64,000 bases of DNA. Source: Oceanispirochaeta sp. Its GTDB lineage: Bacteria > Spirochaetota > Spirochaetia > DSM-2461. Location: the NCBI GenBank assembly GCA_963666275.2, contig CAXXOA010000002.1, forward strand, positions 288,001 through 352,000, given 5' to 3'. Made by a program: the position numbers and the translations under genes. The notes beneath the pieces are model-generated. The model ran no database searches. It was not told the DNA's origin and was given only the letters and a program-made list of their open reading frames with translations. Numbering within the stretch: position 1 is the stretch's first letter; every line of letters starts with the position of its first letter. Below are positions 1 through 8,994 of this stretch, one piece after another.

Positions 1-837
1 GTGCAAAGGGGGGCAATACAGACAAGAGCGGCCGCACTCATTCAGGGGAGCCAGCTGAATGTCAGAACAGACTCTTCCGTGATGGGAGTCAGAGGTACTG
101 TGTTTTCTGTTGTTACGTCTCCCGATACAGCTCTGCTTGTAACCTGCCGCGAAGGAAAAGTTGCCTGTACGACCGACGGAGAAGACTCCTTTATTCAGCC
201 GGGAAGCATTTACGAGACCGAGCCGGACGGATCCTTCTCTCTGAAGGAACTGAACCCGGACGATATTGACAGCTATATAGGCCAGTGGCAGCAGGCAAGG
301 CTCGATGCTTTGATGATCAACGGTGCCGTGTCGCTTGAACACTATGCAAACCTGTATCTGCAGAGCGCCCCCGGATTCCTTGAAACCTTTTCCGAACTGG
401 ACTCAAAAAGGGAGATCTTCAGAAAATGGGGAGAAATCATCGACAAAGGCGAAACCCTCTCCATGGGAGAAGCCACCAAAGATAAAATATCACTCAGCAA
501 CGGGATTATCCGTTTAAGATCCCGTCTCCCCATGATGGAGCATACGTTCTATACCCTCTATGACCTGACAAATATTTTTAACGACTCCAGAGAGGTACAG
601 AATAATCTCTCGGATACCACAGTCAGAACTCTTCAGATTTACGAAAAGAGAAAAAGAGAATTCATGGAGAAAATTACCATGGCCCGGTACTATTTCAAGA
701 TATTCATTGAAATTGACAAACAGGCATCGGGACAGGGGCTGCTTCCCTCATCGGACCTTATGGAGGATTTCCTTCTTGATGAGCCTCTTTTCATAACACC
801 CCCTGCCCCGGCAACTCCGGGAAGCACTTATTTTTAA
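1..837 (+). CDS. FecR-domain protein, 5'-truncated by the window edge, with a helical C-terminal region
   Basis: VRTDSSVMGVRGTVFSV...LLVTCREGKV is a FecR signature; ORF open at base 1. Confidence 0.75.
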   Translation: MQRGAIQTRAAALIQGSQLNVRTDSSVMGVRGTVFSVVTSPDTALLVTCREGKVACTTDGEDSFIQPGSIYETEPDGSFSLKELNPDDIDSYIGQWQQARLDALMINGAVSLEHYANLYLQSAPGFLETFSELDSKREIFRKWGEIIDKGETLSMGEATKDKISLSNGIIRLRSRLPMMEHTFYTLYDLTNIFNDSREVQNNLSDTTVRTLQIYEKRKREFMEKITMARYYFKIFIEIDKQASGQGLLPSSDLMEDFLLDEPLFITPPAPATPGSTYF

Positions 838-865
838 AAAAAAGCCCGGCAAAACCGGGCTTTCT
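836..865. terminator. Bidirectional intrinsic terminator
   Basis: AAAGCCCGG-CAAAA-CCGGGCTTT hairpin with A/T tracts between convergent genes. Confidence 0.75.
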
Positions 866-887
866 GATTTATAAAGAGGGAATCCCT

Positions 888-1997
888 TTAAACGTTGAAT
901 TTAAAGAAGATACAGTCTCCGTCTTTGACAAGATATTCTTTCCCTTCTACCCGGAGCTTACCGGCAGATTTGATGGCTCCTTCAGAACCAGCTTCGAAAA
1001 GATCATCACAGTGATACACTTCCGCCTTGATGAAGCCTTTTTCAAAATCTGTATGAATAACACCCGCAGTCTGAGGTGCCTTCATACCCTCATGAAAGGT
1101 CCAGGCTTTATTCTCTTTTCCCCCGACAGTGAAGAAGGTCCGAAGTCCCAGGGTTTTATAGGTTTTCCGGATCAGACGGGAAAGACCGGATTCTTCCAGG
1201 CCTGCCTCCTCAAGGAAGACAGCCCGCTCTTCAGGATCATCCAGAGCGGCAATATCGGCTTCAAGCTTTCCGCAGAGCACAACGACCTCCGCATCTTCCG
1301 CTGCCGCAGCGGTCTGAACCTGTTTAACATAATCCGAAGTGCCGTCAAGACCGTCTTCGTCAACATTACACAGATAGATCTGTTTTTTCAGAGTAATCAG
1401 ATGAAGGTCCGCGATCAGTTTCAGTTCGTCTTCGCTCAGCCCCATGTTCCTGGCAGGTTGGCCTTCTCCCAGATGATCTTTCAGCTTTTCCAGCAGAGGC
1501 TTCATTTTGAGGGCTGTTTCACGGATGGATTTATCTCCGCTTCTTGTAAACCGTTCATTCTTGCTGATCCTGTTTTCCACAGTGGCCATATCTGCCAGAG
1601 CCAGCTCAATATTTATAACTTCAATATCATCCGCAGGACTGATTCTGTTGTCCACATGTACAATATCCGGATTATCGAAACAGCGGACAACATGAACAAT
1701 CATCCCCACTTCCCGAATGTTGGCAAGGAACTTATTTCCCAGCCCTTCCCCTTTGGAGGCTCCTTTGACAAGCCCTGCAATATCCACAAACTCCACCACA
1801 GCGGGGATCACTTTTTCAGCGGGAATCAGTTCGGCAATCCGGTCCAGCCGGGGATCAGGTACACTGACGATACCCACATTGGGATCTATTGTACAAAAGG
1901 GATAATTCGCCGCTTCAGCAGGGGCTGCTGTCAGGGCGGAAAATATTGTGGATTTCCCCACATTGGGGAGTCCCACAATACCGCAATTTAAACTCAT
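888..1997 (-). CDS. ychF: Redox-regulated ATPase YchF
   Basis: [43 protein letters not shown]-terminal TGS ending FKFNV. Confidence 0.97.
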   Translation of the reverse strand: MSLNCGIVGLPNVGKSTIFSALTAAPAEAANYPFCTIDPNVGIVSVPDPRLDRIAELIPAEKVIPAVVEFVDIAGLVKGASKGEGLGNKFLANIREVGMIVHVVRCFDNPDIVHVDNRISPADDIEVINIELALADMATVENRISKNERFTRSGDKSIRETALKMKPLLEKLKDHLGEGQPARNMGLSEDELKLIADLHLITLKKQIYLCNVDEDGLDGTSDYVKQVQTAAAAEDAEVVVLCGKLEADIAALDDPEERAVFLEEAGLEESGLSRLIRKTYKTLGLRTFFTVGGKENKAWTFHEGMKAPQTAGVIHTDFEKGFIKAEVYHCDDLFEAGSEGAIKSAGKLRVEGKEYLVKDGDCIFFKFNV

Positions 1998-2064
1998 TTT
2001 ATTCTCCTAGCAAAAGAGGTAAAACCCTATGGTGTTGCCCTCAATTCCTTATATGTTCGTCTTA

Positions 2065-2250
2065 TCAGGACTTTTTAATACGGGAGGACTCTTTAAAACT
2101 GGGACATTGACGGCCGGTAACTCTCCGGACTTCCATAGACGGCATCCGGGCGGTCTTTACACCGAAGACCCGGCATCCCCGGGGGAAACTCTGATCCCAG
2201 GTCACAAAAAAGTGTTCACACCTGAGACAGTTGGGAGCCCTGCTATCCAC
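2065..2250 (-). CDS. Small conserved 4-Cys protein, putative metal-binding
   Basis: CxxC..W...PRGC..FG.K...PS...G..C..F pattern; 7 bp downstream of the DUF5312-like gene. Confidence 0.65.
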   Translation of the reverse strand: MDSRAPNCLRCEHFFVTWDQSFPRGCRVFGVKTARMPSMEVRRVTGRQCPSFKESSRIKKS

Positions 2251-2257
2251 AGACAGT

Positions 2258-3790
2258 TTATTCCTCTTTCAGATAGTACTGCATCAGCTGCAGAAAGTAA
2301 TAGATCTTTTTATACAATTCGCTCATAAGATTGGCAAGGGGTTCTTCCCCCATCATCTCAATTTCTTTCCAGTTCACAATTAATTCGTGCTTGGGAGACT
2401 TATAGTCATCAAAACAGCGTTTGAGGTTTTTTCCGATAGTCAGCAGATGCTGAACCGATTCATTGAGGATGGAAGCGGCCTGGCTGTTCACCGTTTTAAG
2501 GACGTTCCTCATGGCATCCACGGCATTCCTGTCCCGGTCAGCCGCCCGGACCAGTCTTTTAAGCTTGGCTCCGTTGTCAGTATCTTCCGCCAGAGACATA
2601 TCAAACTGAAGGAGTTCATCCGTAAGCTTCATGAGCTGATGATAGGATTCAGAAAACTGCTGAGATGCGATATTGGAGGACCATTTCCCTGTGATAAGGA
2701 GTCTGTCCACCAGCTGACGGATTGACCCTTTGTAATAATCCAGAAGGAATGCTTTGAGAAAATTCATGGGGTCGACATAGGCAAACCCGCCGTCCACTTT
2801 CTTGGAAAACGCCATATTGGCTTTTTCTGTATAATTTTTCATCCTGACAACCGAGGTTGTCCCAAAGATATTCACAAGGAGAGAGTCGCGCTGACTCTTT
2901 TTTCTCTCCCCGGCAATTCCCATCAGGGTATTTTCGGCTGTTGTCTTAATTTCAGAGAGATAGTCTTCTACAATTTCATAAGAATAGGTTTCAGGTAAAA
3001 CTTTATAGTCCGGCTTTTCGTCCAGCACTTTGATAATGAGTTCCAGAATCCGGGTTTTTTTGAATTCCTTTACAATCTGCAGGGCTTTTTTCCATCCGTC
3101 CCTGGAGATAACTTCCATATCTCTATACTGGGAGAGAACGGTCAGAATGGAATCCCAGTCCTCACTGTCTTTCACCATGGGGAGGATCAGATCAAAATCC
3201 TTCAGATCATCGACAATATACTCTCCATTAATGCTGTCAAACCGGGGATTGTATTTAAAATCCCTCTCGGGAAGGAGCGAATCGAATTTTTTCAGAAGGA
3301 AATAGTAGTCAAATCGGATAAAATCCTGAATCACCATGAGAGAGCTGTAGAGACTGTTGATTTTTCTGGCCGTGGGAATATCAAAAAAGGTATAGGTCTG
3401 AATCAGTTCCTCTTTGATGCCATCCCTTACATCCTTCAGAGATTTTGCTGCGGCGCATCTTTTCCGGATGTTGTTTTCTGAAAGCCCATCTACCAGAGAT
3501 TTCTGTTCCTCCGTCAGGAAGCTTTCGATTATAATGGCTCTGATTACCTGAGAATCCTTGAGTGACTCAAGCAGAACCTGTGCGGGACCGACTACCTTGT
3601 AAATTTCGTAAAACAGCTTTGCCAGGGCCGGAAGGGCAACATTACCCTTTACCTTGAAATACTTTCCGCGCTTTTTGAGATCTTTTTTGATCTCCTTTAT
3701 AAGGCGTTTTTTTTCCCGTTCCTGATCACCAATTGTCACAAAAAGGCTTAAGAGTTTATCCCAGATGTTACTTGAGTTATTATTGGCCAT
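2258..3790 (-). CDS. Conserved spirochaete helical protein (DUF5312-like)
   Basis: 510-aa ORF; FDYYFLLKKFDS and NFLKAFLLDY segments recalled from a Treponema-type family. Confidence 0.6.
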   Translation of the reverse strand: MANNNSSNIWDKLLSLFVTIGDQEREKKRLIKEIKKDLKKRGKYFKVKGNVALPALAKLFYEIYKVVGPAQVLLESLKDSQVIRAIIIESFLTEEQKSLVDGLSENNIRKRCAAAKSLKDVRDGIKEELIQTYTFFDIPTARKINSLYSSLMVIQDFIRFDYYFLLKKFDSLLPERDFKYNPRFDSINGEYIVDDLKDFDLILPMVKDSEDWDSILTVLSQYRDMEVISRDGWKKALQIVKEFKKTRILELIIKVLDEKPDYKVLPETYSYEIVEDYLSEIKTTAENTLMGIAGERKKSQRDSLLVNIFGTTSVVRMKNYTEKANMAFSKKVDGGFAYVDPMNFLKAFLLDYYKGSIRQLVDRLLITGKWSSNIASQQFSESYHQLMKLTDELLQFDMSLAEDTDNGAKLKRLVRAADRDRNAVDAMRNVLKTVNSQAASILNESVQHLLTIGKNLKRCFDDYKSPKHELIVNWKEIEMMGEEPLANLMSELYKKIYYFLQLMQYYLKEE

Positions 3791-3796
3791 GTTCTT

Positions 3797-3825
3797 AATT
3801 TAGGTTAAATTATATGAGCTGTCAA
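3797..3825 (-). promoter_or_regulatory. sigma70 promoter, leaderless geometry
   Basis: TTGACA-N17-TAAATT ending 6 nt before the ATG at 3790. Confidence 0.65.
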
Positions 3826-3877
3826 CGGACAATGAGCAAAGGAACCGGAAGGAGAAGGGAACCTGGGTAAAATTGAT

Positions 3878-4810
3878 TTGGATTTATATTTAAAAGAGCA
3901 GGGATTCTTCCTCACGGGAAACCTGAAAGAGCCTTCGGAACTTATATCCCGGGTAAAAACACAGCTGAATCTCACGGGAGAGCATCAGATTGTGATCGCC
4001 CTTTTCCCCTTTCTGTCTGTCCATGACAATGCCGGACAAGCCGGCAGGATCGCCCCTTTCGCCAGAGCCAACTATTACAGAGAAATCATAAAGAGAATAA
4101 AAAAAGCCATCCACTCATCCCCGGCCCCGCTTTCCCAGCTGCCGAAATCACGATACAGACTCTTCTGCAATTCACAGCTGCCTGAAAAAGCCATGGCTGT
4201 CGAAGCCGGGTTGGGATTCCAGGGAAAGAACAGCCTTCTCATCACAAAAGAGCGGGGAAGCTCCTGCCTGATCGGGGGAGTGATTCTCCCTTCCGGGATA
4301 GATCTGATTTCTCCGGAACCGGCTTCCCCCCTGAAAGGCTGCGGGAGCTGTCGATCCTGCATTGAGGCCTGTCCGACAGGAGCTGTGAGCGAAGAGGGCT
4401 TTGACAGGGAAAAATGTATTCAGAGCTGGACAACAGACAGCCGTCCGGTGCCGGATGAAATAAAAAGCCGATGGGGAAACAGGATCTACGGCTGTACGGC
4501 CTGCCAGGATATATGCCCGTGGAACAGAAAGATCCCGGAGGGCCTGGCGATTTCAAAAGGACAGCTCCCCGGGGAGATCCCCCTGGAGTTTTTTCTCACA
4601 GCAGAAGAGGAGGAAATCCGGGATTATTTCAGAGGAACGACAATGGGAATGAGCTGGCTTAAACCGGCCTTCCTGAAAAGGAATGCCATTCTGTGTGCTG
4701 TTTCTGCTGGCCGCAGAGATCTTCTTCCTCTGATAGAGGCCTTAAGTAACAGCTCCGGGTCCCGAACACTGGAAGAGTGCCGTCAATGGGCTCTGAAGAT
4801 TCTCAGATAA
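3878..4810 (+). CDS. queG: Epoxyqueuosine reductase QueG-like protein
   Basis: EKAMAVEAGLGFQGKNSLLI, CGSCRSCIEACPTGA, GCTACQDICPWN Fe-S motifs. Confidence 0.85.
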   Translation: MDLYLKEQGFFLTGNLKEPSELISRVKTQLNLTGEHQIVIALFPFLSVHDNAGQAGRIAPFARANYYREIIKRIKKAIHSSPAPLSQLPKSRYRLFCNSQLPEKAMAVEAGLGFQGKNSLLITKERGSSCLIGGVILPSGIDLISPEPASPLKGCGSCRSCIEACPTGAVSEEGFDREKCIQSWTTDSRPVPDEIKSRWGNRIYGCTACQDICPWNRKIPEGLAISKGQLPGEIPLEFFLTAEEEEIRDYFRGTTMGMSWLKPAFLKRNAILCAVSAGRRDLLPLIEALSNSSGSRTLEECRQWALKILR

Positions 4811-5306
4811 GTCCGGGACTGGATGAGGTCAGGAGAGTTCCGATCTTCTCCAGTTCAGGCATCCTTCTGAACACAGGGGGCTTCACTTTGTGGGACTCCA
4901 CATCCAACCTGACAACGCTCAGATAAAGATCATTCAGTCTATCCGCCAGGATGTTCAGATTTGCCTTTAAATTATCTGCGGCCATTCCCGCCAGAACCCT
5001 TTCAGAAGCGGAGATATCATTGAATCCCGGATTATTCTTTAAACGGGGAACCACCTGTACACGGGCCTTATATATAAACTGGGCCATTCCGTAGATACCA
5101 TTATAAAGCTCTTCAAATTTATAGCCCTGAGTTTTGTAGAAATCCAGTTTATCTGTAATCCCTTCAATGCCGCTCCTGATTTCATAGGGAAGATCCAGAG
5201 AGATCAGAGCTGATCTTATAAACGAATTGCTCATATTACTGTCGTACTGTTTTTTTAATTCATCTAATTTATCAAATATTTCATAATTGAAAACAGGCAA
5301 ATTCAT
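4803..5306 (-). CDS. Hypothetical protein
   Basis: 167-aa ORF with AGGAGG RBS; no recognised motif. Confidence 0.7.
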   Translation of the reverse strand: MNLPVFNYEIFDKLDELKKQYDSNMSNSFIRSALISLDLPYEIRSGIEGITDKLDFYKTQGYKFEELYNGIYGMAQFIYKARVQVVPRLKNNPGFNDISASERVLAGMAADNLKANLNILADRLNDLYLSVVRLDVESHKVKPPVFRRMPELEKIGTLLTSSSPGLI

Positions 5307-5384
5307 ACCTCCTGAAAGACATACCTATTTTAACCTGAAAGTGGTGCAATCAGGAAGATGAAAAAGAAAGGAAAATCAAAAGGA

Positions 5385-6323
5385 TTATTTCCGGTGACAA
5401 CCCTGGAAGGATCCCCGTGAAGACAATTCCTCTTTGAGAAGTTCATAGACCCGGGATTTGTTTAAAAACGCACCGGGAATATCATGCCTCAACCGGGGAG
5501 TATCCGTGGTCAGGCGCATAATGACAGTCTCTTCGGGAAGGATCTCAAGGGCATCCGCCACATACTCCACATGGCGGAAACTGTCGGGAAAAGAGAGCTC
5601 TCCCGCCTGATACTCCGTATACAGAGGAGATCCCGTCGGAATATGGAGGTTATGGAATTTCACACCCTCCGGCTCAAGATCAGCGACATAACGGACCGTG
5701 TCCAGAATCTCTTTCCGGTCCTCTCCCGGAAGCCCGAAAATCAGATGGACAGCCACTTTGATCCCCCTGTCTTTCAGCCTGAAATAGGCCTTTTCAAAGG
5801 TTTTAAGATCGTGTCCCCGGTTGATCCTTTTCAGAGTGGGTTCATGGGCGGACTGAAGCCCCAGTTCCGTCCAAACATCGAAATCAGGAGATTTATAGGA
5901 AGCCAGGAGATCTGCCACCGGCTCTTCCAGACAGTCCGGTCTGGTGGAAACGACAAGTTCAACAAAATTGTCCAGAGAGAGTCCGTGATCATAGATTCTC
6001 CTGAGATCCTCCACCGGAGCCCAGGTACTGGAATAGGCCTGAAAATAGAGGATATATTTTTCCGCACCGTAACGACGCCTCATAACGGCTGCAGATTTCA
6101 GGATCTGATCTTCCATGGTCTGAAAAGTCTCACCGATGTAGGCGGCTCTCACCCCATAGACATCACAATAGGAACAACCGGGAGAGTCCCTGTTTTCCCC
6201 TCTGTTTGGACAGGAAAATCCTCCGTCCACACCTATACGGTAGACGGTTTCCCCGTACTTGTCCTTTAAATACTGACTGTACTGTCTGAATAACACCGCT
6301 CTATTATCCTTATGCCTTCCCAT
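5385..6323 (-). CDS. TIGR01212/YhcC-family radical SAM protein
   Basis: GFSCPNR...GCSYC, YFQAYS, TRPDC, ELGLQS, INRGH; start moved to ATG 6323 to avoid overlap with the divergent gene. Confidence 0.88.
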   Translation of the reverse strand: MGRHKDNRAVLFRQYSQYLKDKYGETVYRIGVDGGFSCPNRGENRDSPGCSYCDVYGVRAAYIGETFQTMEDQILKSAAVMRRRYGAEKYILYFQAYSSTWAPVEDLRRIYDHGLSLDNFVELVVSTRPDCLEEPVADLLASYKSPDFDVWTELGLQSAHEPTLKRINRGHDLKTFEKAYFRLKDRGIKVAVHLIFGLPGEDRKEILDTVRYVADLEPEGVKFHNLHIPTGSPLYTEYQAGELSFPDSFRHVEYVADALEILPEETVIMRLTTDTPRLRHDIPGAFLNKSRVYELLKEELSSRGSFQGCHRK

Positions 6324-6324
6324 A

Positions 6325-6353
6325 TTGACAACCCGCCGGGACTCTCCTACATT
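6325..6353 (+). promoter_or_regulatory. sigma70 promoter, leaderless geometry
   Basis: TTGACA-N17-TACATT, 7 nt before ATG 6361. Confidence 0.65.
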
Positions 6354-6360
6354 CTTATTG

Positions 6361-7569
6361 ATGAGAAAAATCCTACTGTTCCTGTCCATTCTAATGCTTC
6401 TGATTTCCTGTTCAGGAGAAAATCCCCGGATCCTGATTTACTCGGACCTTCCGGAAGCCGTCATTCTGGCGGACCTTTTCAATTCCGAAGGGAATGGTTA
6501 TACCGCCCAGATCATAAACATAGACCGGAGCGGAATGACAGAAGAGCTGCCCGAAGCAGATCTGGTTATAAGCCGTGATATCCATGCTCCTGACTATATG
6601 AATACATTTCTCAATCTCAATTCTCTGAGGGCAGAAGAGTTTGTCACAAGCATCTATCCTGAAATACTGCTTTCCTGTATCTATAATACCGAGCTGAAAC
6701 TGATTCCTCTCGCCATTGATCTCCCCGTGGTCCTTGAAAAGGAGTCCTCTTCCGGAGGAGATCGCAAGTTTGCCGACTGGGATGAACTGTCTCTCATAAC
6801 AGAAGACTTTAATACCTTCGATGAAGAAGCATTGACCCGTGCTGGATTTTCCCCTCTCTGGTCGGATGAATTTCTCACAGCCTATCTTTCCTCTGAGACA
6901 TCCGATTACGAGACTCTTTTCAGATCCCCCTCCGAAGAATTCCTTCCCGCGGTGAACCAGCTCCGAGAGTGGATCAATGAATATAACGCGGGGCCGGAAA
7001 GGATTCAGGCTTTTAATGAAAAGTACATGTATATCCCCGATTACAGGCTTATTTCCGGAAACCGGATCGCCTTCTCCGTAAGAAACCTGACAGAGACGAT
7101 GCTCCTCCCGGATCAGGTTCGGAATACCCTTTCATTCCGTTATTTTGCACCGGGGAACCGCCTTCAGATCAGCAGTCTTGTTTCTGCAGGAATACCGGGA
7201 AACACAGGCAACAGGGAGGGCGCACTGGCATTCCTACAGTGGATGATGAACAAACAGACATGGGATGACTACTACAACAGAGTGATTATGAACAGAGACC
7301 GGATTTTTGCCTTTAGCGGTATTTCCTCCAGTCTTATGGTCAACGAGGAAGTCCTGATCAGCATTTACCCTGAATTGAAAAACCGCATTCCCTATCCTGG
7401 AGAGTTCGCGCGGGTCCCCACCATTGTCTCCCAGTGGGGCAAAGTCAGAAACGAGGTCCTTCTACCCTTCTACAGACGGGCATTAATCAGTGAAAATTCG
7501 ATCAGCGGGCTCAGTGAAGAGTATGAAAAATGGGGTCTTCTCAATCCGGAACCCTGGCTTTCAGAATAA
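6361..7569 (+). CDS. Lipoprotein, ABC-type extracellular solute-binding protein-like
   Basis: MRKILLFLSILMLLISC lipobox; LIPLAIDLPVV and GALAFLQWM segments typical of carbohydrate SBPs; upstream of an ABC ATPase. Confidence 0.65.
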   Translation: MRKILLFLSILMLLISCSGENPRILIYSDLPEAVILADLFNSEGNGYTAQIINIDRSGMTEELPEADLVISRDIHAPDYMNTFLNLNSLRAEEFVTSIYPEILLSCIYNTELKLIPLAIDLPVVLEKESSSGGDRKFADWDELSLITEDFNTFDEEALTRAGFSPLWSDEFLTAYLSSETSDYETLFRSPSEEFLPAVNQLREWINEYNAGPERIQAFNEKYMYIPDYRLISGNRIAFSVRNLTETMLLPDQVRNTLSFRYFAPGNRLQISSLVSAGIPGNTGNREGALAFLQWMMNKQTWDDYYNRVIMNRDRIFAFSGISSSLMVNEEVLISIYPELKNRIPYPGEFARVPTIVSQWGKVRNEVLLPFYRRALISENSISGLSEEYEKWGLLNPEPWLSE

Positions 7570-7588
7570 AACGATAACATGAAATAAT

Positions 7589-7617
7589 TTGACAGATGAA
7601 TAAAATCATACTAGGAT
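7589..7617 (+). promoter_or_regulatory. sigma70 promoter of the ABC ATPase
   Basis: TTGACA-N17-TAGGAT; GGAGG RBS downstream. Confidence 0.65.
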
Positions 7618-7650
7618 AGCTACTATAAAATAATCCCATGGAGGTATTCT

Positions 7651-8754
7651 ATGGCCGAAGTTATCCTTAAGGATATAACCAAAATTTACGACGGCAACGT
7701 AAAAGCGGTGGACAAAGCAAATGTCCACATCAAAGACCAGGAATTTGTTGTTCTGGTAGGACCTTCCGGATGTGGTAAATCAACCACTCTGAGAATGGTA
7801 GCAGGTCTTGAAGACATCAGTGACGGAGAACTCCTCATTGACGGCAAAAGAATGAATGAGGAAGCGCCCAAAGACAGAGATATAGCGATGGTATTCCAGA
7901 ACTATGCCCTGTATCCTCATATGTCTGTTTACGACAACATGGCATTCGGGCTCAAAATCCGGAAATATCCCAAAGCGGATATCGATTCCCGTGTAAAAGA
8001 AGCGGCTCAGATTCTGGATATTGAAGAACTCCTGGACAGAAAGCCCAAAGCTCTTTCAGGAGGCCAGAGACAGCGTGTGGCAGTAGGCCGGGCGATTGTA
8101 AGGAAACCGAAAGTATTCCTTTTCGATGAACCCCTGTCAAACCTGGATGCAAAACTGAGAGTTCAGATGAGAGCCGAGATCGGCGCTCTTCATTCCAGAC
8201 TTTCAGCGACGATGATCTATGTAACCCACGATCAGGTCGAAGCAATGACAATGGGTGACAAAATCGTTGTAATGAAAGGCGGAATCATCCAGCAGATCGG
8301 TTCTCCCCTGAAACTGTACAACGAACCTATCAACAGATTTGTCGCCGGTTTTATTGGATCACCTCCCATGAACGTGGCCGTTGCCAAAGTTTCGGAAGAG
8401 GGTGGAAAGATTGTCATTACCGAAGAAGGTATGACAGTAGCCATTGATGACGAGAGAAAAGAAGTACTTAAAAATTATGTGGGAAAAGAGGTTCTTGTAG
8501 GGATCAGACCGGAAGATCTGGACTTTACAACCACTCCTGTTGAGAACAATATGGTTGCAAAAGTTGTTGTTATTGAGCCCCTGGGAGCAGAAACCCAGCT
8601 TCATATCAACACAGGCTCTCATACCTTCACAACCAAGAATGAGCCAACCATCAGTGTAAAAGTCGGGGACGAAGTAAACTTCACTCCCAGACTGGAGAAA
8701 CTGCACTTCTTTGATCTGGAAACAGAAAGATCCCTTTTCTTCAAAGAAGACTGA
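7651..8754 (+). CDS. msmX: Sugar ABC transporter ATP-binding protein (MsmX/MalK/UgpC family)
   Basis: GPSGCGKST, VFQNYALYPH, LSGGQRQR, DEPLSNLDAKLR, C-terminal TOBE region. Confidence 0.9.
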   Translation: MAEVILKDITKIYDGNVKAVDKANVHIKDQEFVVLVGPSGCGKSTTLRMVAGLEDISDGELLIDGKRMNEEAPKDRDIAMVFQNYALYPHMSVYDNMAFGLKIRKYPKADIDSRVKEAAQILDIEELLDRKPKALSGGQRQRVAVGRAIVRKPKVFLFDEPLSNLDAKLRVQMRAEIGALHSRLSATMIYVTHDQVEAMTMGDKIVVMKGGIIQQIGSPLKLYNEPINRFVAGFIGSPPMNVAVAKVSEEGGKIVITEEGMTVAIDDERKEVLKNYVGKEVLVGIRPEDLDFTTTPVENNMVAKVVVIEPLGAETQLHINTGSHTFTTKNEPTISVKVGDEVNFTPRLEKLHFFDLETERSLFFKED

Positions 8755-8775
8755 TAATCGATTCTGATTGCAAAT

Positions 8776-8801
8776 GGCTGTCCCCCGGGGCAGCCTTTTT
8801 T
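8776..8801 (+). terminator. Intrinsic terminator
   Basis: GGCTGTCCC/GGGGCAGCC stem followed by a T-run. Confidence 0.75.
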
Positions 8802-8833
8802 ATTTTCCCCCTCCATAAGGATTTCCCTCCAAA

Positions 8834-8878
8834 TTGCCCATCTTACAACCAAAGCAACTCTTGTTGTAATTTCCGCAA
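8834..8878. promoter_or_regulatory. Two LysR-type 15-bp sites upstream of ilvC (IlvY-operator-like)
   Basis: TTGCCCATCTTACAA (8834) and TTGTAATTTCCGCAA (8864), 30 bp apart. Confidence 0.4.
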
Positions 8879-8921
8879 CAAACCCTTTCAAACATTACAC
8901 CATCAATAGGAGTTTTCAAGA

Positions 8922-8950
8922 TTGACAACAGCTGTCAGTCGGGTTAGTTT
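8922..8950 (+). promoter_or_regulatory. sigma70 promoter of ilvC
   Basis: TTGACA-N17-TAGTTT; TGACA-N5-TGTCA dyad overlaps the -35. Confidence 0.55.
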
Positions 8951-8994
8951 TCATTATACAAACAGACTCCCCCCCAGGGAAAAGAGGAAAAAGA

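Noticed and set aside
2065..2250. Uracil-DNA glycosylase label that I recall being attached to similar small proteins
   Set aside because: 61 aa cannot hold a UDG fold and no UDG catalytic motifs are visible
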